Translations under genes and position numbers: made by a program
Notes under the pieces: model-generated
The model's database searches: none
What the model was told of the DNA's origin: nothing
The model's input: only the letters and a program-made list of their open reading frames with translations
Shown: positions 37,261-52,156 of the stretch, one piece after another
Numbering within the stretch: the first letter of the stretch is position 1
How the letters are laid out: every line of letters starts with the position of its first letter
Source of the DNA: Eledone cirrhosa
Lineage: Eukaryota
Length of the DNA: 64,000 bases
Direction of reading: 5' to 3'
Assembly (NCBI GenBank): GCA_964016885.1
Contig: OZ024742.1
Span: 275,466,001-275,530,000 of the forward strand

Positions 37261-37348
37261 TTATACATAGCTACGGCTGCCTTTCCCGAATATTAAAAAT
37301 AAAATCAGAATTTTATTTCTCGCCCTAGCACAGGCATAACTCGCTCGG

Positions 37349-37410
<62 letters not shown>

Positions 37411-37420
37411 AACCAGTAAG

Positions 37421-37514
37421 ACCCCGACGGCTGAGCTCAAGCCATTTCGACGGCTAATTCTGGACTAAATGAAAATTTATCCTGGTATTTAAATAGCCGA
37501 GCTTCTCAAGGGGT
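37421..37514 (-). ncRNA. Hammerhead ribozyme motif, U3-A8 variant with long stem II
   Basis: Reverse-complement counterpart of 39840-39933. Confidence 0.7.
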
Positions 37515-38665
37515 AATTCCATATATGGTCAAAGTGATTGTCACAAGGATTGGTCACAAGTTAGTAGTAATTCTGTGATGGCAAATTAGTGGGGGAGAGG
37601 GTGGCTAAACCTGCCAGTAGGAGAAAAAGGGGAGAGGTGGAGTAGACCCAATCATGCGTTGGTAGTGCCAGCTACAGCTGGGCATGAGGTCAAAGAAGAT
37701 ACTAGGGTGGGGGAGGGGGAGGAAGTCGAAACGGTAAGTAGAACAAAGAAGGGTAAAAATATATATATATGAAAGAAAAAAAATACTGAGAGTGATAAAA
37801 AGCGAATAAATGTAAAGAAAAAAAATATAAGCAAATTCTACGACCTAAGTCTCTAGCTATTGTTAGGCTAAATAAATAAATAAATAAAGAAATAAAGAAA
37901 TAAAGAAAGAAATAAAGAAATAAAGAAATAAGTAAATAAACTAGGTGGGACGAAATAGGAAAGGACTCTTTTAAGAGGTATAAGTACGTATATCATACGG
38001 TGACGGGTCAACAAATGGGGCCAAAATACTAAAGAAGCTACCACGAAATAATTAATAAAGGTTTCTACCCCGGGAACAAGGCCAGCAACCACCCAGTGCA
38101 GAAAAGTAAACTAGTACGAGATAATAATTCTGAGTCCCGAAAAAAATATACTAATGCTAACTCTAAAGGTTCCGCCACGCTACAAAAGTTCTTATACAAG
38201 CTACATGAAAGTTCGTACGAAGTAAAAGTAGAATACGGAAAAATAAATTCAGAATCCACCCCGCCCAAAAGAAAAGAGAAGAAAGAAATACTGAAACGAG
38301 AAATTAAGGCATAGGTGCCACTAAGAAATATAGAAGGCACGGAAAAAAGGGGGAGCGGTCGGATAAGGGGGCAAGTATCCGAGGTCTAACACAACTGCTA
38401 TAAAAAGCGGAGTCCGCCAAATCTATCATAGACTAGGGGAGGGGTGGGGGTACTGAGGCTACAAGGGGCCAAAGGGCTGCCTCGGGTGGGCGAGAAAAAG
38501 ACGCCGACAAAGAAGAAGAACTGGGGTAGAAGGACTAGGGAGGGATGGGGGGAAGAAGGAAATATAGAGGAAGCGATAAAAGAATAAAAAGAAGATCTTA
38601 CGTCTCCCTTGGCAGGCAGGGGTTACCCATTACAAAATCGGCAAGTGGGGTGTTATGGCCCTAGT

Positions 38666-39250
38666 CTACCCCCCCCCCCCCTCCCGGTCATTATGGGGTT
38701 TGAGGGCGAGGTAAGTCCTACGCAATCTATGTTTACATGCAGTAACCAGTTCATCTTTCTTGTTTAGGAGTTGGTCCGTCGAAAACAGCATTTGTAGAGT
38801 TTCCTCCGAGCATAAATTGCACGGACGGCGTCCTCCCGTATAAGAGTTGGCTCTGGATATTAATCTCCAAGTGAGATCATAGGTGATGTTGTTGTCCTTG
38901 AGGTCCCATATGTGGCCCGAAAGTGTAGTGGCGTGACGCCGGGCCGGGTTTCGGAAGGTATATCTATGTTGGTATAGCCGGGTCTTGAAGTCACATGCGG
39001 TTAGTCCTATATAGGCTTTGTTGGAGGTGTCCGTCCTCACGTTGCACTGGTAGATCACATTACGGTCTCTGCATCTGTTGTCGAGTGGGCAAATGGATCT
39101 ATCCGGACAGTTGCACCTCCTGGTCGGCTCTCCACTGCTATTTAGGTTATTTCTTCCATCGGGGTTGAGTTTTTTGTTGTTAGAGGAGACGATGTTTTGT
39201 GCGAAGTTTGGTGTAGTACTGTAAGAGAGTTTGATGGTATTTTTGTTAAT
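38666..39250 (-). pseudogene. PLE C-terminal GIY-YIG endonuclease remnant
   Basis: CNCPDRSIC (CxCx5C), VIYQC..AYIGLT, FKTRLYQH, CNLCSEE, LNKKDELVTACKH. Confidence 0.88.
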
Positions 39251-39839
39251 TTTTCTGCACTGGGTGGTTGCTGGCCTTGTGCCCGGGGTAGAAACCTTTA
39301 TTAATTATTTCGTGGTAGCTTCTTTAGTATTTTGGCCCCATTTGTTGACCCGTCACCGTATGATATACGTACTTATACCTCTTAAAAGGGTCCTTTCCTA
39401 TTCCGTCCCACCTAGTAAATTTAATTATTTCTTTATTTCTTTATTTCTTTCTTTGTTTCTTTATTTATTTATTTATTTATCTAGCCTAACAATAGCTAGA
39501 GACTTAGGTCGTAGAATTTGCTTATATTTTTTTTTCTTTACATTTATTAGCTTTTTATCACTCCCAGTATTTTTTTTCTTTCATATATATATATTTTTAC
39601 CCTTCTTTGTTCTACTTACCGTTTCGACTTCCTCCCCCACCCTCTCCCTAGTATCTTCTTTGACCTCATGCCCAGCTGTAGCCGGCACTACCAACGCATC
39701 ATTGGGTCTACTCCACCCCCTCCCCTTTTTCTCCTACTGGCAGGTTTAGCCACCCTCTCCCCCACTAATTTGCCATCACAGAATTACTACTAACTTGTGA
39801 CCAATCCTTGTGACAATCACTTTCACCATATATGGAATT

Positions 39840-39933
39840 ACCCCTTGAGAAGCTCGGCTATTTAAATACCAGGATAAATTTTCATTTAGTCTAGAATTAG
39901 CTGTCGAAACGGCTTGAGCTCAGCCGTCGGGGT
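39840..39933 (+). ncRNA. Hammerhead ribozyme motif, U3-A8 variant with long stem II
   Basis: ACCCC-TTGAGAA-[~54 nt]-GAAA-CGGCTTGAGCTCAGCCG-TC-GGGGT. Confidence 0.75.
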
Positions 39934-40024
39934 CTTACTGGTTCCTATTACCCACTCTACTACCCTAAGTATTGAGTACTTTGGTGCGTTATGGTCCACC
40001 TGGTTCCTTACCACATTTCCTTCG

Positions 40025-40662
<638 letters not shown>

Positions 40663-41316
40663 TATATATATATATATATGTGTGTGTGTAGGAGGTGAGT
40701 TTTATTGTAGTACAATAAAGCAATGCAGATATCGGATAAGTAGCACTCTACAGTTTGTAGGACTGGAGTATAAATAATATATAAGATCAAAAGATGGTTA
40801 AAAGAGTTCCATGTATTTTATTATGCGCATTTTAAAAACAAATATCATCATGCAATAACATTTGCGTTTTCGTCAGATAAAATAGGGAGACATGATATGA
40901 AGGTTAAAACACACTTGTGAATAGTGCAGTTTTAAATCAACATATGAAAAGTAGTTTTAGATTGATGTGTGATATTTGTAAAAAAATTGAGGGGGGTGGA
41001 AAGGATGAAAAAGAGGAGGAGATGAGAGTAAAAAGTGGAGGGGGGAGTATAATGAGGAAGGATGAGATAGGAGGAGAGATGGGTGATAGAGAAATGCGCA
41101 TAATAAAATACATGGAACTCTTTTAACCATCTTTTGATCTTATATATTATTTATACTCCAGTCCTACAAACTGTAGAGTGCTACTTATCCGATATCTGCA
41201 TTGCTTTATTGTACTACAATAAAACTCACCTCCTACATTAACTTTCTCCTTAACGGTTGAGCGCTAACTCTCATATTGGATACCTTTTGATGGTCCTTTA
41301 CTTTTTCTTCTACAAC

Positions 41317-43707
41317 ATGGATTATTACAACATAACCACTTCAACTAAAGACATTCCTATACCTGGTAAATCTGAATTCACCAAACTTCTAATTGAAAAA
41401 ACTGACTCCTTTGTAAGAAGTCTTAGATGGATAGCTTATTTCTATGACCAGCGCCTAAAAGGGAACTTCTATACCAAGGAACATAACTTCCTCGATCATC
41501 TATTTAATTCTAGAAGAAATCCTCCTTCCAACAAAAATCTAGTGCAATTCGAGGAGGAGTTAACTAACATTATAAAAAATCTTAAATTCAAGAGAAACCC
41601 TTACAGAGGACAAGAGCACCTTGTAAATCTCAAGAACACAATTTCAAACCTAAATTCCTCAAAAAATGTTTTAGTCCACTCTGACAAAACAAATAATTTA
41701 TATGGTATGTCTAAGGATAACTATAACAACCATATCCTAAAGGAACTTAGGAAAAAATATCGCAAAACCAACCATGATAATTTAGAATCCATAAACTTTG
41801 AAGCTTCTGAGATTATGTCAAAACTTGGCATCGGAAAAAAGACCGACCCATTCCTCCCAAGAACTCCGAGGATAAATCTCAAGGATCACAAAAACAATTT
41901 TCGTACTGAACTACCTGTTAGACTAATCGCCCCCTCTAAATCAGATCTGGGGGTTGTTAGCAAAGCCATCTTGGATAGAATTATCCCATAGGTTCGTTCT
42001 AATTGCTCTTCTTTGAACTTAAATTTATGGTTTGGTACTTCTGAAGTGATTGGCTGGTTCAACAAATTGAATAAGAAAAATAAACAAAAATTTATTCAAT
42101 TTGATATTGCCAGCATTCTTCTATTTCGCCCTCACTTCTCAACAATGCTTTATCTTTCGCTTACAAATATTCAGACATCACCACAGATGAACTTCACATC
42201 ATTCTCACCGCACGTAAAACCATCCTAGACTTCAACAATAAATATTGGACCAGAGCTGATACCTCTAACAACTTTGACATCACAATGGGAGCATCCGATT
42301 CATCCCAATTGACAGATTTAATTGGTATCTTTATTTTGAACACTTTGAATCGGAAAATTCCTCAACTTCGCGGTGGAATTTATCGTGACGATGGACTCGT
42401 TACTATCTTAAATTGCAACATAGTTAACCTTAATATTATTAAGAACAATATATGTAATCTCTTTAACCAACATAACTTAAAAATTGAATTTGATAACAGC
42501 ATCAAACTAGCTAATTTCTTGGATGTATCTCTTAATCTTGACACTGGCCTATATTACCCTTACCATAAAAACAATGAGAACCTAAATTATGTTAATTTTA
42601 AATCTAACCACCCCACTAATATTAAGAATGCTATAGTTAATAATATTGGAAAAAGAATATCTAACCTATCTTCTAATAAAAACATCTTTGATGCTAACGC
42701 CAATTACTATAATAACGCGCTTTCTAAAGCCGGTTATCCTGATAAAATCAAATATAGTAAAGAAACAAATTCTAGAAGATCTTACAGTAGAATAATTAAT
42801 CATGATCATTCCAATAACTTTAATAAAAGACCTAGATACAAAAACATAATCTAGTATAATGCTCCTTTCTCCATCTCTATTAATAATAATATTCCTAAAT
42901 TATTCTTTAGTGCCTTAAATAAATGCTTCCCTCCCTCACATATCTATAGTAAAATATTTAACAAACACACTATAAAATTTTCCTATTCGACCTCCTCCAA
43001 TATCTCCAACACAACAATAAAATACTAAATACTAAATCTCTTCCTTCCAACACTGAATATCATAATAATAGTAATAGTACTCCCGACGTCATTGTTAACT
43101 CTAGGCTAATTTCTGCAAACCCAAATACAACGTCAAACGCAACTTCGTTAAATTTTCTTAATCCCATTCTAAATCAAGAAACTATTATTCCTATCGTAAA
43201 TTACTTCTCCAATCCAATCCTTCTATAGATAACACTAGGTCACTTGTTAATAACTCTGTTAATTTCTCTAATCGCAATTGCAATTGCCCTGTTAAAAATA
43301 AATGTCCTCTCAACAACCATTGTCTTGAAAAAAACTTAATCTACGAATGTAAAGTTATAACTGACACCAATTCCTTTACCTATTTTGGCTCCACTTCCAC
43401 CTCCTTTAAAGCTCGTTTTTATAATCATCATTCGTCTTTTAAATACCAACTTAAAAGAACCAACACGGCACTCTCAGAACTCATATGGTCCTTGAAAGAC
43501 AAAAGTATTAACTATAACATCTCTTGGAAGAAGGTTTGTTCTGCTTCTCTATACTTGAATAGTTCTCTATCCAAGACATGCAATCTCTGTTTATGTGAAA
43601 AATTTACCATTATATCTAATTTAGATTCTATAATAAATAGACGCACTGACTTGTTTTCTCTCTGCTTGCATAAATTCCACAAAACATTCCATAAAGTATA
43701 CAGCTAA
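41317..43707 (+). pseudogene. PLE polyprotein (RT plus C-terminal GIY-YIG), disrupted
   Basis: STKDIPIP, HSDKTNN, VRLIAP, FIQFDI, MGASDS, GIYRDDGL, NFLDVSL, CNCPVKNKC, IYEC..YFGST, CNLCLCEK; TAG stops at 41989 and 42852 plus frameshifts. Confidence 0.9.
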
Positions 43708-44657
43708 TATCTAATACTTTATCAATTTAAAATCTTTTTCTCAAAGGCACATATATATATATACATATATATTTCTTTAAAAATATACCCATCTTTCTAC
43801 CTTATTTCAATGTTATTTATTATACATTATATAATACTAGTTACTCATTCTATATCACTCCTATTTATCACTTCCCTTTCTTTCTTTTTTTCTTTTTTCC
43901 TTTTTTCTTGTCTTTTTTTCTTTTTCTTTTAATTTCTAACCTCTAATCTGTACCTTTTCTTCCTAGATACTTCTCAATTATCAATATATTCTTACTTCAT
44001 ATCACCTTGAAAAAATCCTTCGTAAACATAAACATTTTTTTAACGTTAGATTATTCATCCTCAATTCATTATTTTTTTCTCCCTTTCATGCTCATCTAAC
44101 TTATACATATTACACTTATTCATCCACTCCTCTACTTCTTTCACAATATATCCTTAATTACATTACTATTGCTATATTTTATATTTTTTAATAATACATA
44201 TCATCAATTTCTTTCCATCGCACATATTATTAAACCCTTAAATATTATTCTTAATACATATTAACAATTTCTTTTCATCGCACATATTATTAAACCCTTA
44301 AATATACAAACCTTAATTTAACATTATTCTAAAATTTTTCTCTTCGTTAATTTTCAAATTCTTTTAATTTATATATTATCTTCCAACGGTTTTTCAACCT
44401 CTCTATGTAAAACAATATATTTTTCTCAGTTATAAAAGCTATCTCTCTCTCTATCACCCATCTCTCCTCCTATCTCATCCTTCCTCATTATACTCCTCCC
44501 CCTCCACTTTTTACTCTCATCTCCTCCTCTTTTTCATCCTTTCCAACCCCCTCAATTTTTTTCAAAATATCACACATCAATCTAAAACTACTTTTCATAT
44601 GTTGATTTAAAACTGCACTATTCACAAGTGTGTTTTAACCTTCATATCATGTCTCCC

Positions 44658-44728
44658 TATTTTATCTGACGAAAACGCAAATGTTATTGCATGATGATAT
44701 TTGTTTTTAAAATGCGCATAATAAAATA
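44658..44728 (+). ncRNA. Hammerhead-like motif with A at catalytic position 12 (inverted copy at 40814-40884)
   Basis: TATTTTAT-CTGACGA-stem II-AAA-ATGCGCAT-A-ATAAAATA; 8-bp stem I and palindromic stem III. Confidence 0.65.
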
Positions 44729-44764
44729 CATGGAACTCTTTTAACCATCTTTTGATCTTATATA

Positions 44765-45009
<245 letters not shown>

Positions 45010-45010
<1 letters not shown>

Positions 45011-45330
45011 CTTATATTTATGTATCAGCTGTACTAAGGTGAGAAATAAAATTCTAATTTTAATTTTAATATTCGGCAAGGCCAGACGTAACTCGCACGG
45101 TTTGCAAATGAGGCTACTCAGGCGATGTGTACTTAAGAAAATACTATATATTGTTAAGCGTTTAACAGACTGGCAGAGGCATACACTCCTGATGAAGAGT
45201 AATGAACCAGAAACAAGTCGATTGTTCCTCAAAGCCAGTGTTGAACAAACAGGCGATTGATTGGTCACCGGCACGTCACTGCTTCAAATCGGGCCGTTTG
45301 TTCACAAACGAATCCAACATCATTATTAAT
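45010..45330 (+). mobile_element. Distant relative of the ~470-bp hammerhead unit
   Basis: Shared blocks gtactaag..gagaaat, tgcaaat.aggct.ctcag, tatata, ctggcaga, CTGATGA..GAAAC (45183-45225), cagtgttgaacaaa and gtttgttcacaaacgaa. Confidence 0.7.
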
Positions 45331-45768
45331 CAGTAATGCACTGGGTAATTGCTGGCCTTGTGCCTAAAGTAGAAACAATTATTAATGGCCGAGGTGGATT
45401 GGCAGTACTGGTAGAGAATCGGACGCCATGCTTTGACGCATAGAGTTACGGCCCTTGCCATTCTGAGTTCAAATCCCGGCGAGGTTAACTTTGCCTTTCA
45501 TCCCTACGGGATCGATAAAATAAAGTACCAGTAATGCACTGGGTAATTGCTGGCCTTGTGCCTAAAGTAGAAACAATTATTAATGGCAGTATCGGTAGAG
45601 GGTCGGACGCCATGCTTTGACGCATAGAGTTACGGCCCTTGCCATTCTGATTTCAAATCCCGCCGAGTTTAACTTTGCCTTTCATCCTTACGGTGTCGAT
45701 AAAATAGAGTTCCAGTAATGCACTGGGTAATTGCTGGCCTTGTGCCAAAAGTAGAAACAATTATTAAT
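45331..45768 (+). mobile_element. Tandem array of three SINE family 1 copies (one 3' fragment, two near full-length)
   Basis: Units about 45331-45387, 45388-45584 and 45585-45768, each ending ATTATTAAT. Confidence 0.9.
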
Positions 45769-45839
45769 GTTCGATAACCTATATGTACATATGTATATGT
45801 ATATATATGTGTATATATATTTATATATATATATGTGTG

Positions 45840-45884
<45 letters not shown>

Positions 45885-48125
45885 TATAAAGGTATGTGAG
45901 AGAAGTTCCTGATATTACTGTACAGTTGGAGTTATCGTGTAACGACGTCACTGTGTTCATATTTGTAGCAAACATCCTTAAACTAATAAGCCTACCCCAT
46001 CCATTAAATTAACACGTCACATAAGTTCATAGGCAGGTATTTCAATTTGCCTGCCGAAGGGGAACGATAAACCTGTTTTATTATTATTGAATGTCCTGGA
46101 TTATTCTTCCGTGTCGGATAGATTTCACGCTAAGTGCTGCTTCTGTTGGTTTTAAGAGATTATTGAATGCATTCAGAGTCATTAAAAGCTTTTGGAATAA
46201 TTCGATTCCTAAGTTAGGTACTTGGTCAGAATCTATATGGAAAAGGTAAGATATTTATGTTACAATGTTGTCTCGAGGGTATAATCTATCTAATTGATGC
46301 GAAGTGGTTCATGCGAGAAATGAAAGTGCAATTTACTCCAATCTCCGGTAGTCGACGTAAACACCTCTACAGCATTTACCACTTTATGTAAATGCATTTT
46401 GTTTTCATTTTGTTATCTTTTATAGCCTTAACTCTTCATGCTGCTTAGTTTTATATTTCTCTCAGAGGGAGTTGGTTGGGGGTTTATTATGGTTCCTTGA
46501 GGGTATTAGCGGTGTACATTTAGTGAAATATTTTAATTGGAGCTTCATCGATTTAAAAAAAAAATTATGGTTTTATACTTTCACCACGGGATATATAAAT
46601 ATTGATATCTCCTATTTGGTATCAGTTCAGTGATATCTAAATTTGTGGTACGGATGCTATGAAAACTTTTGTGTTGAAACATAAGCAAATTGCCTTCGAT
46701 TTTCATTAAAGAGAGAATTTCATATCACCGCACAACGCAAGGGCTATAAAATTGAGGCTTGTTTGCATAATTGCAAACGAATCGAATGTTATCTATCTAT
46801 ATATAAATGCAAGTTTACGATTCTGTGTGTCCGCCTAAAACTAGCAAACTACCGGACCAAACCCCTCAAAATTACATGTACATATTCACTATACACTCGG
46901 ACAGGTAACGGTCGAAAACGTTTTACTTTGCAAAGCAAGGAATTCATTTAAAATCAATTTATCTTATTTACTAATGAATATCAAAAGATATCATCCATTT
47001 TGTTTTTTATGTTCTCCAGTCTGTAGATAAGAGAGTGAGGGAGTGAGGGATGGGAGAGAGAGAGTAAGGGATGAGAGAGAAAGAGAGAGAGTGGCAGATG
47101 GGAGAGAGAGTAAGGGGATGAGAGAGAAAGAGAGGGAGTGAGTGGATGGGAGAGAGAGAATAAGGGGATGTGAGAGATAAAGAAAGAGAGTAAGGGATGA
47201 GAGAGAGAGTGGGAGATGGGAGAGAGAAAGACGATGAAAGAGAGGGAGGGAAAGTAACAAGCGTTCTTAACTTTTATTTATATATTACTTTTACACGCTT
47301 TTTAACTCTCCCGCTTCCTTAACGTTATACAGTTATTTATCTTTTATTTATTTTTTGTTCACTATTCCGTAGAGAGAGGGGGGATGTGAGTGAGAAAAAG
47401 AGAGAGCGAGAGAGTAATGGGATGGGAGAGAGAGAGGGGAAAGTGTTAAGCGTTCATTAACTTTTATTTATTTATTATTTTTACACATTTCTTAACTCTC
47501 CCAATGTTATTTATCTTTTATTTATTTTTTGTTTGCTATTATGTAAGGATGAGAGAGAGAAAGAAAGAGAGGAGATGAGAAAGAGAAAGGGAGTGAGGCG
47601 GATGGGGAGAAAAAGACAATAAGAAAAGAGAAAAGATGGGAGAGAGAAAAAAAGTAAAGAGGCAGGAGAGAGGGAGGGTGATTGGAGGGATTCTTTAACT
47701 AACGCGCGTCCGCGTTTATATATATATTTACACGCACATACGTGTTATGGGAGGGGGAGGGCGTTCTTTAGCAGACGATATATGTGACCATCAAAGCTTA
47801 CTTCCTACATATGTCTAAAGAAATCACAGATGCTTTTATAGAAGTTGTATTTAACAGACAAAAAACAAACAAACGGTATTTTTAAAAGATATTATTTGAA
47901 TATATTATTTTCCGCTGTTATTTGAATTAACACAGAAAATATTTTTTTTGTAATGTTTGTCGTTTTTTTGGATACAATCTGAAATCTCAATATTTTCTAC
48001 ATATGTCTAAAATTAATTACACCTAATATACATTCATATAGAGAGATCATTTAAAACAACTTTACTGAGTTAACAATACATTCTATAGTTGTTTCTATTT
48101 CGGAAAGAGTGTGGTGTGTAATAAT

Positions 48126-48188
48126 TGTTTTTACTTTTGGCACAAGGCCAGCAATTATTCCAGTGCATTACTGGTACTTTATTTTATC
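48126..48188 (-). mobile_element. 5'-truncated SINE family 1 with 17-bp target-site duplication
   Basis: GTGTGGTGTGTAATAAT at 48109-48125 and 48189-48205. Confidence 0.88.
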
Positions 48189-48215
48189 GTGTGGTGTGTA
48201 ATAATATCACTTCAA

Positions 48216-51200
48216 ATGCCTAGAAAATGTTCCAGATCATTATATGTAAGGTCATCTTCAGAGGCTAAGAGAAAGAAAACACAGCGATCTGAAGAAAGTG
48301 AAGAAGTTCGGCATGCCCGTCTAGCTGCTAACAGAGCCCAAACAGCTTTAGCACGAGCACACCTTTTGGATGAAATGGAACAAAGGACTGCTGATACAGG
48401 AGAACAACAAATTAAGGAACAGCAGCAAATCAGACGAAATGCTAATCAAGCACATCGTTTCTACTGTCCGAGCAGGAGAACAAGCCACAAGTAAAATGAA
48501 CTGGCTGATGGGTGCTTTTTCTTATGACCCCCAAAAGGACTAGAGCAGTAATCCACAAATCAACATTGGGAACATGAACAAATGCTGCCAGTATTGTGGT
48601 GCCAAGAAGTGGGCAGCAGAAACACCAAGTCTATGCTGCTCAAAAGGCAAAGTGAGCCTTAAAACAATACAAGAACCTCCTGGATTTCTGAAGAATCTGC
48701 TCCTTCAGCATACACCAGAAGCACGACACTTCAATAAATACATCATAAAATATAATTCTGCCTTTCAAATGGCATCTTTTGGGGCTGATAGGAATGTGAT
48801 TGACTTTAGATTCTGTACAACTTATAAAATTCAGGGACAGTGTTGCCACTTAATGGGTGGCCTTCTGCTACTTTCACAGGAGCCTCATAAATTTGTGCAG
48901 GTTTACTTCATGGGTGGAAATGAAACACAGGCACAACAAAGATGTACCAATGTCCATGGTGGATTGCAGTTCTACATAGTCATAAAGTTACAAGAAATCC
49001 TTCACCAACATCACATGTATGTCAGTGTATTTAAATATGCACTGGAGCATATGAACAACACCAGAGATCGTAAAATCATCATTAGGGCAGACAAACGCCC
49101 AGATTCAGAACATGAACGCAGATTCAATGCACCTGTCACTGATGAAGTTGCAATCATAATGGTTGATGAACAGCATGAACGACGTGACATTGTTTTGCAA
49201 AAACAAAGTGGACATTTGGAGCGAATTTGTGAAACTCATAGAGCCTATGATTCACTCCAATATCCGCTCACATTTTGGAATGGTCAAGATGAATATCATT
49301 TTCAGCTACGGCATATCAGCCCAGGAACGGGACAAGAAACTGGCCGATCAATCAGCTGCAAAGATTTCTATGCTTATCATTTCATGGTACGTCATCACTT
49401 CAACCAAGTTCTGCGATTCAAAGAAGTAACCAGTCAGTTCATGGTGAATATGTATGCCAAAATTGAAACAGAAAGATTGGGTTTTCTGCGAAGGAATCAA
49501 ACTAAGTTGAGGGCAGATAACTACATCCACCTTCGAAATGCCATCAATTCTGATGTTGACCCAAGAAATATTGGCCAGTCAGTCATACTACCATCAAGCT
49601 TCACCGGAGGGTCACGTACGCAAGATGGAATGGCCTATGTCAGAAAATTTGGTCGGCCAGATCTCTTCATTACATTTACATGCAATTCAAACTGGTCAGA
49701 AATATCAAATGAATTATTTCAAAATCAAAAACCAAAGGATCGAAATGACCTCATTTCTCGGGATTTCCATGAAAAGCAAAAAATAAAAATACATCTGGCT
49801 CCTAAAAGAAGGAAGAATCTTTGGTGAACTTAGTGCTTGGATGACCACTATTGAGTGACAGAAGAGAGGTCTTCCTGACTCTCACACACTAATCTGGTGC
49901 AAGGAGAAGATAAGACCAGATTATGTTGATAAGATCATTTCAGCAGAGTTGCCTGATAAAGGTGATGATCCAGAGCTCTTTGAAACCATCAAGTCCAAAC
50001 TCATTCATGGTCCATGTGGAGTCATCAATCCAGCCTCTCCCTGCATGAAAGATCAAAAATGCAGCATACATTATCCTAGAGCTTTTATTCGGGAAACTCG
50101 GACTGACAATAATGGATACCCCCTTTATCGTAGGCGATACTGCAAGCCTAACAGTTCGAGGAGAGGAGCTGACCATAAACAATCAGTGGGTCGTCCCACA
50201 CGACAAATTGTGTAAACTTTTAAAAGCTGATATCAATGTTGTGTATTGCATCTCCATCAAGGCAATCCTATATGTCACAAAATATATCAACAAGGGCAGA
50301 GACATGGCTACCTTTATTACTGACAAAGAACTCAATGATGGTGGGCTGGATGAGGTCAAACGGTATCAAACAGGTCGATACATCTCCAGCAATGAAGCTA
50401 TCTGGCGAATCTTTGGATTTGATATCCACCAACGCCATCCAACAGTGGTCAACGTCGCAGTCCATATGGAAAATGGACAGAGAGTGTACTTCACTGAGAT
50501 CACTGCTCATCAGTTGGCACAAGCATCACATGACACTACACTAACTGCTTTCTTTAAACTCTGCCAGAATGATGAATTTGCTCGATCCCTCCTATATGCT
50601 GAAGTTCCAACATACTACACCTGGACTAATTGCAAGTCCTGCAATCGAAGAAAGCAGTGTCATTTAGTGAAAGGTCATGAAGTGAAGTCAAGTGATGCTA
50701 TTGGGCGTGTTTACAATGTCCATCCCAACAACAGAGAATGTTAATATTTACGGCTACTTCTGCATACTGTTCGAGGACTAACGTCATTTGAGGATCTTAC
50801 GTGCTTTAGAGGAAGGGAGTGCGCAACATACCAAGAAGCATGTAAACAGCATGGACTCCTGCATGACAATGGACACTGGAAGAAGTGCCTAAAAGAAGCA
50901 GCAATCACTCAAGTAGCCAGCCAAATAAGACAATTATTTGCTATTATGCTCACAGCATGTGGAATTGATGAAGCTCATCTATTCTGGCAGGAGTACAAAA
51001 ACAATATGTCGGACGACTATCTACACCTAGACCGAAGAAATATGTATATGGCAATATGTATATGGAATATACTCCCAGGATTTACAATCAAGCTCTCTGT
51101 GACCTGTCCCATCGAGTTCAGGCAATGAATAGCATATTAGCTAACTGCGGGATGCCAGAGCCAGATGAAGAAATGGAGGTAGCACAAGACATTTTTCAGG

Positions 51201-52156
51201 AGACTACGATATTCAAGCATTGCGTAAGTTTGTGGATGAAAATGAACCTCGATTGATGGATGCCCAGAAATGCGCGTACCACAACATCATCGAAAACATT
51301 CAAAATGCCATGGGGGGGGGGGGGGGGGATTTTCTTCATCGATGCTCCTGCTGGCACAGGTAAGACATTCCTCATAAACCTCCTGCTTGCAAAAGTTCGC
51401 CAAAAGCAATATATTGTCCTTGCTGTGACTTCAAGTGGCATTGCAGCAACACTTCTGGATGGAGGAAAAACTGCACACTCCACGTTTAAGCTGCCCATAG
51501 ATCTCACACAGCATGAACAATCTTTTTGCAACATCAAGAAGAACTCACCCAAGGGAAAGCTTCTGCAAACATGCAAGATGATAATTTGGGATGAAGCTAC
51601 TATGAGCCATAAAGGAGCAATTGAAGCTTTAGACCAGACGATAAGGGATTTGAGAGAAAATAGTTGCATAATGGGAGGAGTGACAATGGTTCTTGCTGGT
51701 GATTTCAGACAAACTCTGCCTGTAATTCTTCGAGGGACTCGAGCTGATCAGGTCAATGCCTGTCTGAAAACATCCTATCTCTGGCCCCACTTTCAGCTGC
51801 TGAACCTTACAACCAACATGCAAGTGCACTTAACTGGTGACGAAGGTGTCAGTGACTTAAATTGGGAAATGGACTTCTTGAAAAGGACTCCAATAACCAT
51901 ATTCAGTTGTCATTTGACCATATCATTGACACAGAACAAGAACTGATTGCCAGAGTGTTTCCAAACATTCAGATTAGGCAATGTGATCCGAAATGCCTCT
52001 GTGAACAATCAATCTTAGCACCTAAAAATGTGGCTGTGAAAGAAATCGACAGAAGGCTGCTGGAGATGTTACCGGGAGAGAAAATAGGCTACAAATCAGT
52101 TGACACAATCACTTCTCAAGACCAGGTTGTAAACTATCCAACTAAATTTAACCATA
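48216..52156 (+). pseudogene. Helitron RepHel (HUH Rep plus Pif1-like helicase), disrupted
   Basis: C..CGAKKW..E....CC..GKV; FGRPDLFITFTCN; IE*QKRGLPDSH; YVTKYINKG; FIDAPAGTGKT; IIWDEATM; LAGDFRQTLPV; ILAPKN. Confidence 0.93.

Larger units (their letters stand above)
46792..52156 (+). mobile_element. Helitron, decayed and 3'-truncated
   Basis: Probable 5' A|TCTATCTATATATAAA at 46792 (boundary inferred); Rep/Hel coding remnants downstream. Confidence 0.75.

Noticed and set aside
41317-43707. Naiad-type selenoprotein PLE
   Set aside because: The endonuclease is C-terminal, the Cys motifs use TGT/TGC and the interrupting stops seen are TAG, not TGA
46721-46755. 3' hairpin/CTAG end of an upstream Helitron
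   Set aside because: Hairpin is imperfect and no CTRR terminus is evident
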